From positions 2,244 to 66,243 of the forward strand of contig JAIEPG010000002.1 of assembly GCA_019749895.1 (NCBI GenBank): a DNA stretch of 64,000 nucleotides, written 5' to 3'. Below, in pieces: positions 39,771-49,449 of the stretch. Source of the stretch: Candidatus Babeliales bacterium. Its GTDB lineage: Bacteria; Babelota; Babeliae; Babelales; RVW-14. A program made the position numbers and the translations under genes. The notes beneath the pieces are model-generated. The model was not told where the DNA came from. It did not search any database and was given only the letters and a program-made list of their open reading frames with translations. Position 1 is the stretch's first letter. Every line of letters begins with the position of its first letter.

Positions 39771-40781
39771 ATGATGAATTATTTAAAGAACTTCATTAAG
39801 TCCTTGGGACAACAATCCATTATCCTGTACCTACAAATACAAGATAAAGAACTGACTTGCGTTCTATTCAAAAAAGCGAGCAACACGTTGCGCATCAAAA
39901 AACAGGAAAAAATGGCCCTAGAATCAACCGTAATAATAAACGGCATAATTTACAACCCCACCACCCTTGCCCATTCCATAAGTCAATTTACCACCAAGCA
40001 CGGACTTTGCAGACCTAAAGCAGTTCTGTGCTTTGCAGGGCTTGCCAACCACCAGCCCGCCTTACAACAATTAGCAACATTGCAAACAGCCCTGTGTACC
40101 ACAAAAACCCCATTACGACTTCTTGCTATTATTGCAAAGCCATTAATACTAGACAAAGCACAGTCAGTCCCATACAAGATGCTTACCGATCAACAAGACT
40201 TACTTAAGCCGTTTAAACGGTACAACCAACACAGCCCCGCCTGGTGGCTTGGGGCCACAGGGGCTAGCGCAGGCGTTATGATCTTGCTGCTTCATTCGGT
40301 TTATACCAATATGAAGCATGATCTGGCACATACTACCAGCACTCAAGAAGACTTGCTTGCAACTACCAAAAACCTTGAACAAGAGATTAATACCCTCAAT
40401 CAGATCAAGCAGTCTGAACAGGAACTTGCCAAGCGCCTCACTATTTTAAAGCCACCAACAGGAGCCTTTCAGTTTAGCCAGCTTTTAACTAGCATTTCCC
40501 GGGCCATACCATCTGCCTGCTGGCTTGAATCGCTGAACGCTTCAGCAATCAAAAACCCACAAGCAATGGGCAGCAAACACGCAACAAACACTACCAGCTA
40601 TACTATGGCCATGCAAGGAAAGAGCACCTCGCTCAAGGCAATTACTACATTCATAGCAAACTTGCAAAAAATACCTTCTATAAAGGCTGTTGACCCCGCA
40701 ACCATTAAGATGGTCAAAAAATCTGAAAATCAACCCAAGAAAAGCTACTTTTTCAAGCTTTCGGCCACGCTTAAAGTGTAG
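39771..40781 (+). CDS. bitopic membrane protein, possibly a GspL / fused PilM-N-like assembly protein
   Basis: About 160-aa cytoplasmic N-domain, TM segment WWLGATGASAGVMILLL, then a coiled-coil-like periplasmic part. The assignment is weak. Confidence 0.5.
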   Translation: MMNYLKNFIKSLGQQSIILYLQIQDKELTCVLFKKASNTLRIKKQEKMALESTVIINGIIYNPTTLAHSISQFTTKHGLCRPKAVLCFAGLANHQPALQQLATLQTALCTTKTPLRLLAIIAKPLILDKAQSVPYKMLTDQQDLLKPFKRYNQHSPAWWLGATGASAGVMILLLHSVYTNMKHDLAHTTSTQEDLLATTKNLEQEINTLNQIKQSEQELAKRLTILKPPTGAFQFSQLLTSISRAIPSACWLESLNASAIKNPQAMGSKHATNTTSYTMAMQGKSTSLKAITTFIANLQKIPSIKAVDPATIKMVKKSENQPKKSYFFKLSATLKV

Positions 40782-40915
40782 TTTGCCAACTATATCGTTT
40801 TTTGGTACCATTTAGATTGTATTATTTGTTGTTATAAGTATAACTTTTTAAACCATACAGCTGATTCAAAAGGGCTTTCGTCCTTTTACCGCTGATGTGT
40901 TGACTCGGGATTATC

Positions 40916-42757
40916 ATGGTAAGAGACAATCAAAAAATGATTTCTTCTCGCTGGAGTGCTGAGCTCATTGAAGATGAGTTTCAACTCAATGACGCACAGA
41001 AAGCCGAACTTACTGAACTTTATGATGATATATCAAACAAGTTCAAAGTAGGCAAAGTTATTAAAGGTAAAGTCATTGCAAAAGAAAACAATGGCGTACT
41101 TGTTAATATTGATTATAAGTCTGATGGACTGATTCCTCAATATGAGTTTTCAGACTATGAACTTAAAGGTCTTCAATCAGGCACAGAAATTGATGTGCTT
41201 CTTGATCGCCTTGAAGATGAAGGCGGTTGTGTTGTATTGTCGTATCAAAAAGCTAAAGCACTTAAAGCTTGGGACAATATTACCGACTTGGCAACATCTG
41301 ACGAACCAGTTCGCGGTGTGGTTACCCATAAAGTTAAGGGTGGCTTGAGCGTAGACGTTGGGATCCCTGCTTTCTTGCCAGGATCACAAATCGACATTCA
41401 ACGTGTTACTGATTTTGATCAATTTGTTGGTCAAGAAGTTACCTGCAAAATTCTTAAAGTTAATAAGAAGCGCGGTAACGTTATTATCTCTCGCAGAAAA
41501 TACATTGAAGAACAACGCTTTGAAGACAAGAAGAAAGCTCTTGAAACAATTCAAGAAGAACAAGTCTTGCAAGGTATTGTTAAAAACATCACCAGCTACG
41601 GCGTTTTTGTTGACGTTGGCGGCATTGATGGCTTGCTTCATATCACCGACATGTCATGGGGACGCATAGCACATCCTAGCGAAATGGTCAGAATTGGTGA
41701 CACAATCACCGTTAAGGTTATTTCCTTTGATAAGATGCATGAAAAGATCTCTTTGGGCATGAAGCAATTGACTCCAAATCCTTGGGAACATGTTGCGGCG
41801 CAATATCCATTGCACAGCAATATCAAAGGCAAAATTTCTAGCATCACGGACTACGGTCTTTTCATTGAAGTTGAAAAGGGCGTTGAGGGGCTGGTTCACA
41901 TTTCAGAAATCTCTTGGACTGAGCGTATTAACAATCTTTCAAGATATTTCCATGTTGGACAAGAAATTGAAGCATTGGTTGTTGCTCTTGATAAAGACAA
42001 CCGCAGAATGTCTTTGAGCATTAAGCAACTCAACGAAGATCCATGGAAAACCGTTGCTGATAAGTTTAAAATTGGCGACAAAATTCATGGTAAAATTACC
42101 AACATCACCGATTTTGGTCTTTTCGTACAATTGCTTGATGGCGTTGACGGACTCGTGCATATTTCAGACATCTCCTGGACCGATCATGTTTCACATCCAA
42201 GTGAACGTTATCAAAAAGGCAGCATGGTTGATGCCGTAATCTTGTCAATTGATCCAGACAACCGCAAGGTTTCTTTGGGCATCAAACAACTTGAAAATGA
42301 TCCATGGACAACGGTAGAAAGCGAATATAAAGTTGGCACAATGATTCAAGGTACGGTATCAAAAATTACCAACTTTGGCGCATTTGTTAAACTTCCTACC
42401 GGCATTGAAGGTCTTGTTCATATCTCTGAACTTTCAGAAAGTGATGTTCAGAAGGTTGAAGACATTATCAAAGTTGGCGAAACCAAAGAATTTAGAATTA
42501 TCAAGGTTAGCCCAGAAGAGCGCAAGCTTGGCTTGAGCTTAAAGCCTGAAAAGGTGAAGAGTGCGCCAACCGAAGAAGAGCGACGTGAAGAAGCAGCAGT
42601 TGAAAAAATCCAAGCGAAAAAAGCAGCTGCAGCCGCTGAACAAAAAGCTCCTCGTCAAGAACAGCAACAGCAACAACAGCAGCCTACTGCTATGAAGAGC
42701 TCATTGCAGCAAGCGCTTGAAAAGCACATGCAAAAAGACGATAATTCTAAAGAATAA
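40916..42757 (+). CDS. rpsA: 30S ribosomal protein S1 with a Lys/Glu/Gln-rich C-terminal extension
   Basis: Six S1 repeats (e.g. GIVKNITSYGVFVDVGGIDGLLHITDMSW, GKITNITDFGLFVQLLDGVDGLVHISDISW). Confidence 0.92.
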   Translation: MVRDNQKMISSRWSAELIEDEFQLNDAQKAELTELYDDISNKFKVGKVIKGKVIAKENNGVLVNIDYKSDGLIPQYEFSDYELKGLQSGTEIDVLLDRLEDEGGCVVLSYQKAKALKAWDNITDLATSDEPVRGVVTHKVKGGLSVDVGIPAFLPGSQIDIQRVTDFDQFVGQEVTCKILKVNKKRGNVIISRRKYIEEQRFEDKKKALETIQEEQVLQGIVKNITSYGVFVDVGGIDGLLHITDMSWGRIAHPSEMVRIGDTITVKVISFDKMHEKISLGMKQLTPNPWEHVAAQYPLHSNIKGKISSITDYGLFIEVEKGVEGLVHISEISWTERINNLSRYFHVGQEIEALVVALDKDNRRMSLSIKQLNEDPWKTVADKFKIGDKIHGKITNITDFGLFVQLLDGVDGLVHISDISWTDHVSHPSERYQKGSMVDAVILSIDPDNRKVSLGIKQLENDPWTTVESEYKVGTMIQGTVSKITNFGAFVKLPTGIEGLVHISELSESDVQKVEDIIKVGETKEFRIIKVSPEERKLGLSLKPEKVKSAPTEEERREEAAVEKIQAKKAAAAAEQKAPRQEQQQQQQQPTAMKSSLQQALEKHMQKDDNSKE

Positions 42758-42777
42758 TATAATTTGAACGAAAGGTT

Positions 42778-43305
42778 ATGATGATCATGAAAAGATTAAT
42801 GTTGTTGTGTCTTCCTGTTTTGCTACTCATTGCCGGTTGCACGCTTTTTCAACCTTCTTGTGATCATCATGACCAAACCATAAAGAAAGTACCGAACATG
42901 GAACATACCTTAGCAATTATTAAGCCTGATGCAGTTAGAGCACACAACAGCGGGAAAATTATTGACCGCATTGAACAAGAAGGCTTTGAAATTGTTGGCA
43001 TGAAAAAAATCAACTTATCGTTGGCACAAGCACAAAGCTTTTATGCCGTACACAAAGAACGTCCGTTCTTTGGTGAGTTGGTAGAATTCATGACTTCAGG
43101 CCCGGTAGTTGTTATGGCACTTGCCAAAGACAACGCGGTAAAAGCATGGCGCGACCTTATGGGTGCTACAAACCCTGCACAAGCAGCAGACAACACAATC
43201 CGTAAACTTTACGGCGCAAGTGTTGGCGAAAACGCTACGCACGGTTCTGACGCTCCAGAAACGGCGGCAGAAGAAGTAAAATTCTTCTTTCCAGAATTAA
43301 GCTAA
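42778..43305 (+). CDS. ndk: nucleoside diphosphate kinase with an in-frame N-terminal lipoprotein-type signal (alternative internal start at 42898)
   Basis: EHTLAIIKPDAV...NATHGSD. The N-terminal 40 aa include MKRLMLLCLPVLLLIAGC. Confidence 0.9.
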   Translation: MMIMKRLMLLCLPVLLLIAGCTLFQPSCDHHDQTIKKVPNMEHTLAIIKPDAVRAHNSGKIIDRIEQEGFEIVGMKKINLSLAQAQSFYAVHKERPFFGELVEFMTSGPVVVMALAKDNAVKAWRDLMGATNPAQAADNTIRKLYGASVGENATHGSDAPETAAEEVKFFFPELS

Positions 43306-43310
43306 TTTTA

Positions 43311-43341
43311 AAAAAGGCCCGGAAAATTCCGGGCCTTTTTT
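43311..43341 (+). terminator. rho-independent terminator after ndk
   Basis: ggcccgg / ccgggcc stem followed by tttttt. Confidence 0.85.
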
Positions 43342-43357
43342 AATGTCTAATTTTTTA

Positions 43358-43396
43358 GTGCCCAACCCTTCGACCAGGCTCAGGGCGAACGGGCAC
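43358..43396. repeat. single short-form repeat unit in the 5' leader of the hydrolase gene
   Basis: gtgcccaacccttcgaccaggctcagggcgaacgggcac, closed by a gtgccc/gggcac stem. Confidence 0.6.
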
Positions 43397-43410
43397 AGAC
43401 AGGATTAACG

Positions 43411-44274
43411 ATGCGCACGCTCTTAATCTTTCTTTCACTCTGCTGTTTTACCCCTCGCCTCAACAGCATTGTTATTCTGGTTCACGGTTCATTTGCAAAC
43501 CAAGAAACCTGGCACCAACCAGAAGGCGATTTTTTTGACGAGCTTGAAAAACAAGCACGCACACTCCACCACAAAACCATCTCGTTTTGCTGGCCTGGCA
43601 TGCCCACTACCGCCACTATTGTAGCCAGCGGGCAAACACTTGCCAAACTCATCTTGAGCTACCCACCCACCGAACAGATTATCGTAATCGGCCATAGCCA
43701 CGGCGGTAACGTTATTAGCATCGCCAGCCAACTACTCAGCACAGCCGCTACCAACACTTTTGATGCTGATTTCTTGCTCAGCCTAACTCCCACCACCCGC
43801 AAGCATGAACCCACAATCTTTGAGCTCTTTTGCAAAGCACTACCACAGATAAAAAAGCTCTTTCACTTGTACCAGCAACAGTGGCGCAACATCTCAACCT
43901 TTGCCATTCAAGCAGCATACTTTTTGGGGACTCCAATCGACGCTCAAGCTTTTATGCCCAGTATGAACGCTATCGAATACGTTTATAATTTTTATTCACA
44001 AGGCGATATCATTCAACCGGTACTTGGCTTTTTTCAACGTACACTACCAACGCACGAACGTATTACCAATCTTTCAATCACCATCAAAAACACCGGGATC
44101 TTGCCCTCGGATCAGCCATCACACTCACAACTACACTTGCCAATAGTTGCGCGCTGGCTCTTGAGTATTCCGCACCAGCTTAAGCAACAAAAGATAGGCA
44201 ACTTTGAAAACTTTGAACATACCAATGGACACATTCACATAGACCCCGAACGTGGACCGATGTACACAAAATAA
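43411..44274 (+). CDS. secreted alpha/beta-hydrolase (lipase/esterase-like)
   Basis: Signal-like N-terminus, VILVHGSF, and nucleophile elbow GHSHGG. Confidence 0.7.
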   Translation: MRTLLIFLSLCCFTPRLNSIVILVHGSFANQETWHQPEGDFFDELEKQARTLHHKTISFCWPGMPTTATIVASGQTLAKLILSYPPTEQIIVIGHSHGGNVISIASQLLSTAATNTFDADFLLSLTPTTRKHEPTIFELFCKALPQIKKLFHLYQQQWRNISTFAIQAAYFLGTPIDAQAFMPSMNAIEYVYNFYSQGDIIQPVLGFFQRTLPTHERITNLSITIKNTGILPSDQPSHSQLHLPIVARWLLSIPHQLKQQKIGNFENFEHTNGHIHIDPERGPMYTK

Positions 44275-44308
44275 AAAAGAGGCCGTAAAAAACACGGCCT
44301 CTTTTTTA
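44274..44308. terminator. bidirectional rho-independent terminator
   Basis: gaggccg / cggcctc stem flanked by A- and T-runs, between convergent genes. Confidence 0.85.
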
Positions 44309-44324
44309 TTTTGTGAGAGATATG

Positions 44325-45668
44325 CTACCAGGAGCTATTGTCATCGTTCTCAACGCTCATACGCTCTTCTTCTCGCGCATCATCGTGAAATTCACGCTCT
44401 ATATGTCGTCTTTTTGTCTCTGGTCGGTCGTCAGATTCATCATCATGGTTAGATCTACGATCAGATCTACGCTCAAAACCGCCATCGGACTCACCACGTT
44501 GTTCATATTGCTCTGCCGCTTGCCTGCGCAATGCCTTATCTTCTTCAATCCGCTTTTCAATTTCTTTAAGTCTATCAAGCTCTTCTTGTGTTAAATCAAT
44601 CAAGCGAGTCAATTTTTCATTACTATCTTCAATAGCTTTAAGCGTCATACGCCCACTACCCATATCCAGATTACGAATTGTTAACCGTTGGGCAACACCA
44701 GGTGCAATTTCTTGCGCAAGATCTGCATCGTTATGCGAAATAACAATCGAACGGCTCATACCACGACGAGAGCGAGGAATATAACATTGACCCGTATCAA
44801 TGCGCTCAAGCAAACGTGGAACGCCAGTACGGATATACGTACCATCGCCATCTTGATAATAAAAAGCAAAGTATAAGTCGCTTTGAGTCGCATTGCTCAA
44901 GATAATTTCACGGTCAGATTGGTCGGCAACATAAACGGTATACGTTATATCGGTAAATGGATATGTCCACCAACCATAGCGATAACCAAAGCGTGCATGC
45001 GGCACAAAGAAGCCAACACCACCGCAATAGTAGTACCCATAGCTTGGATAGTAAAACCCATAAAGCGGATCGAAATAACTCCAACCTGGCCAAATCAGGC
45101 CCCAACCCCACAAACCAAGCGGCCTGTTCCAATAACATGATCGATAGTTAGAAAACAACACGGAGCGTCTACGATAGCCCGAGCCATATGAACGGCGCCA
45201 ACCAGAACGCGAGCGGGCACCAGCGCCGCTAAGCCTTGCAGCCCTTCTGCTTGAACGGCTGCTCACACGACCAGACGATCGTGCTCTAGATGTACGAGAA
45301 ACTCTTGAACTAGAAGCTCCAGAACCTGCCAAGCTTGTAGATCTTACGCGAGAACTGCCGGTACTACTGGTACGAAAAGAGCGCCGTCCTCCAGAGCCAT
45401 GCGACGAGAAACTTGAAGCACCAGAACTAGAACGTCGAGAATAGCCACCACCAGAAGAGCTACGCCCCGAACCCGACGAGCGCGAACTACCACCGCCTCC
45501 TCGAGCACCCGAAGAGCCAGAACGCCCACCACCACGACCACCTCGCGCAGCAAGTAAGACGGTTTCTTGTTGTGCCAAACTAACATTCATCAGATCAGTG
45601 GCAGCACAATCTACCCCTACAAGACCCAACACGAGCGCCAATAGGCCTCTGCTTTTTACTATTTTCAT
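44325..45668 (-). CDS. exported protein with a ~150-aa Arg/Ser/Gly-rich low-complexity region, an aromatic (Tyr/Trp/Gly) segment and an acidic/basic coiled C-terminus
   Basis: MKIVKSRGLLALVLGLVGV...RGGRGGGRSGSSGARGGGGSSRSSGSGRSS...WGWGLIWPGWSYFDPLYGFYYPSYGYYY. Confidence 0.7.
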   Translation of the reverse strand: MKIVKSRGLLALVLGLVGVDCAATDLMNVSLAQQETVLLAARGGRGGGRSGSSGARGGGGSSRSSGSGRSSSGGGYSRRSSSGASSFSSHGSGGRRSFRTSSTGSSRVRSTSLAGSGASSSRVSRTSRARSSGRVSSRSSRRAARLSGAGARSRSGWRRSYGSGYRRRSVLFSNYRSCYWNRPLGLWGWGLIWPGWSYFDPLYGFYYPSYGYYYCGGVGFFVPHARFGYRYGWWTYPFTDITYTVYVADQSDREIILSNATQSDLYFAFYYQDGDGTYIRTGVPRLLERIDTGQCYIPRSRRGMSRSIVISHNDADLAQEIAPGVAQRLTIRNLDMGSGRMTLKAIEDSNEKLTRLIDLTQEELDRLKEIEKRIEEDKALRRQAAEQYEQRGESDGGFERRSDRRSNHDDESDDRPETKRRHIEREFHDDAREEERMSVENDDNSSW

Positions 45669-45831
45669 AACTTCTCCCTCACTTAACGCATTAATTTTTC
45701 AAAAATTAAAGATCGATACATTTAAACAAAATAGTACCTAAATTTAATATTAGAAAAATACGCGAAGAAAACGCAAGAGTTTAGTTAAGAAAAAATAGTG
45801 GAACAAAGCCCTATTCTACAGCACAAAACAC

Positions 45832-46674
45832 TTATGGGCACTCGGGAACTGGACGCTGTTTTGCCCAGGCATCAAGGTCTACTAAGTATCGCAAAAGAGC
45901 TGGAAGCTGAGAAAGACGTACCGAATTAGGACCATCACACAAAGCTTTTTCAGGCTCTTCATGAACTTCCATAAATACCCCTGCTATCCCTTGAACAATA
46001 GCAGCAGCTGCAATGGTGGGCACGAAGTGCCGATCCCCGCCAGACGAATCACCAAGCTGCCCAGGACGCTGGACGGCATGAGTAGCATCAATGACAACCG
46101 GCTTACCAAAACGTTTCATAATGGGGAAATTTCGCGGGTCTACGACCAAGTCTTCATAGCCCATGGTAAAGCCACGCTCCCCAAGCCAGACCTGCTCATT
46201 GCCTGTTGAGGCAACTTTGTCGACCAACGAACCCATTTTTTCAGGCCGTACAAATTGGCCCTTTTTAATGAAAACCGTTCGGCCAGTCTTGCCAGCAGCC
46301 AACAAAAGATCGGTTTGTCGACACAAAAAGGCAGGCACTTGCAAAACATTAGCTACGTCGGCCACATGTGCCGCCTGCCATGCTTCATGAATATCGGTAA
46401 CCACAGGAAGATCAAACTCTGCTTTAACTTTTTCAAAAATACGCAACCCTTCATCCATACCAACGCTACGATAGCTTTTGGCTGAAATGCGGTTCGCTTT
46501 GTCAAAAGAACCTTTAAAAATAAGGTTGAAAGAGAGTTGTTCAGATAACTTTTTAAGTTCTTGAGCAAGCATAAGCGTATGCGCTTCATCTTGCAATGCA
46601 CATGGCCCCAAAATAAAAAAAAGCGGCTTTTCGTTGCCGCTCATTTTTTCAAGCCAAAGGTGTTTTTGGTTCAT
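45832..46674 (-). CDS. kdsA: 3-deoxy-8-phosphooctulonate synthase
   Basis: 280 aa, ...FKGSFDKANR.S...VTDIHE...LQVPAFLCRQTDLL...KKGQF...ERG.... Confidence 0.9.
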   Translation of the reverse strand: MNQKHLWLEKMSGNEKPLFFILGPCALQDEAHTLMLAQELKKLSEQLSFNLIFKGSFDKANRISAKSYRSVGMDEGLRIFEKVKAEFDLPVVTDIHEAWQAAHVADVANVLQVPAFLCRQTDLLLAAGKTGRTVFIKKGQFVRPEKMGSLVDKVASTGNEQVWLGERGFTMGYEDLVVDPRNFPIMKRFGKPVVIDATHAVQRPGQLGDSSGGDRHFVPTIAAAAIVQGIAGVFMEVHEEPEKALCDGPNSVRLSQLPALLRYLVDLDAWAKQRPVPECP

Positions 46675-47200
46675 CTTCGTCTTCTATTTTATTTTCTGCT
46701 TTTTTTTCTATAGTTTTGCAAATTTCGTCCAAGATGCCATTGATGAACTTGTACGAATCTTTTTCAGCAAATGCTTTAGCCAATTCTACTGCTTCATTGA
46801 TAACAATGGAAACAATAGCGTCTGGTTGACGCAGCTCCCACAATGCCATGCGCAAAATAAGTCGTGTGCAACAACCAAGCCGTTCAAGTTTCCAATTCTT
46901 CAAAAAGGGTTTAATGCCCTCATCAAGCAGATCACGCTGCTCAACAACACCATGCGCCAGTTGATAAGCAAATGACTCAGCATCAACATCCAAGTTAAAG
47001 CCATCCTTGAAGTCTTGAATCAAATCATCCAATGAAACCGTATAATCAAAACGGTCAAGTGCATAAATTAAATGAAACGCAACAAAGCGCTCATCGCGTC
47101 TAGATTCTGCTTTTAAAGGATGTTCTTCTCCCAGGACAAAGTCCTGATCGTTATCACGCTCATCAACAATGTTTTGATCTATGATGTTTTTTTCATTCAT
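46649..47200 (-). CDS. nusB: transcription antitermination factor NusB
   Basis: ...RRDERFVAFHLIYALD...INEAVELAKAFAEKDSYKFINGILD. Confidence 0.85.
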   Translation of the reverse strand: MNEKNIIDQNIVDERDNDQDFVLGEEHPLKAESRRDERFVAFHLIYALDRFDYTVSLDDLIQDFKDGFNLDVDAESFAYQLAHGVVEQRDLLDEGIKPFLKNWKLERLGCCTRLILRMALWELRQPDAIVSIVINEAVELAKAFAEKDSYKFINGILDEICKTIEKKAENKIEDEDEPKTPLA

Positions 47201-47235
47201 GGCTCTTAACCCTTGCTTCCCAAAAAGAAGCTTTC

Positions 47236-47799
47236 TTAGTTTACACGCTCAATATATTTGTCTTCGCGTGTATCAATTTTAATTTTATCACCTTCTTGCA
47301 AGAACAATGGCACACTAATAACCAAACCCGATTCAAGTGTTGCAGGCTTGCTACCACCTTGAGCGGTATCACCTTTTACACCAGGCATAGTTTCAGTAAT
47401 AGTCAAAATCATAAACATTGGCGGCTCAACACTTACCACGCGACCCTTAAAGCTCATAACGCTGTAAGCTTCGCCTTCTTTCAAATAGTTTTTAGCACCA
47501 ACAATTTGATCTTCACTTAAATCAACTTGTTCAAAGTCTTCTTTGTTCATAAAGTGATACATATCATCAGAAGAATAAAGGTACTGCATGTTAACTTGTT
47601 CTACATCTGGTTCTGGAAATTTTTCAGCAGAACGGAAGGTTTCTTCCAACATACGACCAGTCAATAAATTACGCATTTTTGTACGCAAGTAAGTGCCACC
47701 CTTACCAGGCTTTACCAATTGATAATCTATCACAAGCCACGGCTCGTTATTCCACAATATCTTTGTTGAGCCTTTTTTGAAATCTGATGTTGAAATCAC
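47236..47799 (-). CDS. efp: elongation factor P
   Basis: MISTSDFKKGSTKILWNNEPWLVIDYQLVKPGKGGTYLRTKMRNLLTG. Confidence 0.95.
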   Translation of the reverse strand: MISTSDFKKGSTKILWNNEPWLVIDYQLVKPGKGGTYLRTKMRNLLTGRMLEETFRSAEKFPEPDVEQVNMQYLYSSDDMYHFMNKEDFEQVDLSEDQIVGAKNYLKEGEAYSVMSFKGRVVSVEPPMFMILTITETMPGVKGDTAQGGSKPATLESGLVISVPLFLQEGDKIKIDTREDKYIERVN

Positions 47800-47932
47800 G
47801 GGTTACCCTTACCTCTTTAAAGCGTTATAATGTAGTAAAACCATATGAATAAAGGTAGATCAACATACAGTTTTTTTCAACTTAATCCAGCAATATCATG
47901 AATTTTGAGCAAAAAAGTGGTTATTTTAAAAC

Positions 47933-48499
47933 CTAGCCAAAAATAAGCCGGCACGCCTGATCAAGCAACTGGCCAATTTTGTCTTCTTCAAGACGAGTAA
48001 ATGGTGTCAAAACATAGTCACCAACCTCATCTCTGTTTTCTGGCCGCCCTATTCCAAACCGAAGGCGCCAAAACTCTGCCCCTACTACCCCCATAATTGA
48101 GCGCAAACCATTGTGGCCTTTAGCACTACCACCAAAGCGCATACTCAGGTTGCCAAAAGGCTTTTCAAGCTCATCGTGCACAACAACAACCTGTTCTGGC
48201 TTAATGCCTTTTTTGGTAAGAAATGACATAACCTTGCCTGAATCGTTCATAAACGTTTGGGGTTTAATCAGGTACACGCTGCTCACGCTGCCATCAACCG
48301 TCATTGAGGCCTGAGCTACGTCCATTTTGTCAGTTGACTGCCAAGCAGCATTCAGCTGGGCGGCCAAATTTTCAACAACACGAAAGCCAATATTGTGGCG
48401 CGTCTTGGCATAACGGGCCCCTGGGTTGCCCAGGCCAATCACCGCACGAATTGTACTGGCATTAAAAACATAATCTTGTAGTTGAGCTTTGCTCACCAT
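47933..48499 (-). CDS. pth: peptidyl-tRNA hydrolase
   Basis: IGLGNPGARYAKTRHNIGF...HDELE...GGSAKGHNGLRS. Confidence 0.92.
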   Translation of the reverse strand: MVSKAQLQDYVFNASTIRAVIGLGNPGARYAKTRHNIGFRVVENLAAQLNAAWQSTDKMDVAQASMTVDGSVSSVYLIKPQTFMNDSGKVMSFLTKKGIKPEQVVVVHDELEKPFGNLSMRFGGSAKGHNGLRSIMGVVGAEFWRLRFGIGRPENRDEVGDYVLTPFTRLEEDKIGQLLDQACRLIFG

Positions 48500-49431
48500 A
48501 ATCCCTTTTCTTCAGCTAAAGCGTTGGCTAAAAATTCATCAATAGCCAGCACCGTAATGGTACTGGGCACCTGTTCTTGATCAAGTAACAACGAGTTGGT
48601 AACGTAAAGTTTATCAAAACAGCCATCTTGAACAAGTTGATGCGCACCAGCCGACAAGACCGCATGCGAAAAGCAACCCTCAACCATGCGTGCGCCATGC
48701 TCACGAATACGTTGATACGCATGCAGAGCAGTACCGGCAGTATCAATAATGTCGTCAATGACTACAACCCGCTTGCCCGCCACATCGCCGGTTAATGTCA
48801 ACGAAACTGACTGGTCAACCCCGATACGCGTTTTTTCAAGCGTTGCCAGCGCTAAGCCAAGTTCTTGTGCCAAAGCTTGAGCGCGCGCCAACCCACCAAC
48901 ATCTGGCGCAGCAATACACGTATTTCGATCAACGCCCTGCTGTTTTAAAAAATTTGCCCAAAAAGGCACCAGTGAAATGGTTCGTAACGGAAACGGTAAC
49001 AACAAAGCATTTTGAGTAGAATGAACATCGCAACTAATTAGCTCATCAAAGCCTGCCGCTTGTAAGAGTTTGCCAACAAACGCAAAGCTGCCGGCAAAAC
49101 CAGCAGCATCTTTTTTGTCGTGGCGCGCATATGGCAAATACGGCAAGAGCCCCACCAGCTTTTTTACCCCACGCTGTTTAAGCGTATTTGCTACCAACAA
49201 AAGCTGCCATAATTCGTTATTGATATGATATTTTGGTTTATCTTGAAGACAAAATGAAGAAAATTGAAAGACCAGCACAACAGTCTTACTAACTAACTCT
49301 TCTTCTGACATAGTCAACGTAACCAACGATTCAGTATCAGCAAAATTAACGAGATTGTAGGTAACCAAAGGCTTACCCAGCCTCATACTGAGCAGTTGAG
49401 CAAGCCTTGAATTTTGACAACTTACAATCAC
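48493..49431 (-). CDS. prs: ribose-phosphate pyrophosphokinase
   Basis: ...PYLPYARHDKK...APDVGGLARA...VVVIDDIIDTAGT. Confidence 0.8.
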   Translation of the reverse strand: MIVSCQNSRLAQLLSMRLGKPLVTYNLVNFADTESLVTLTMSEEELVSKTVVLVFQFSSFCLQDKPKYHINNELWQLLLVANTLKQRGVKKLVGLLPYLPYARHDKKDAAGFAGSFAFVGKLLQAAGFDELISCDVHSTQNALLLPFPLRTISLVPFWANFLKQQGVDRNTCIAAPDVGGLARAQALAQELGLALATLEKTRIGVDQSVSLTLTGDVAGKRVVVIDDIIDTAGTALHAYQRIREHGARMVEGCFSHAVLSAGAHQLVQDGCFDKLYVTNSLLLDQEQVPSTITVLAIDEFLANALAEEKGLW

Positions 49432-49449
49432 CGCTTACTCACTCACAAA

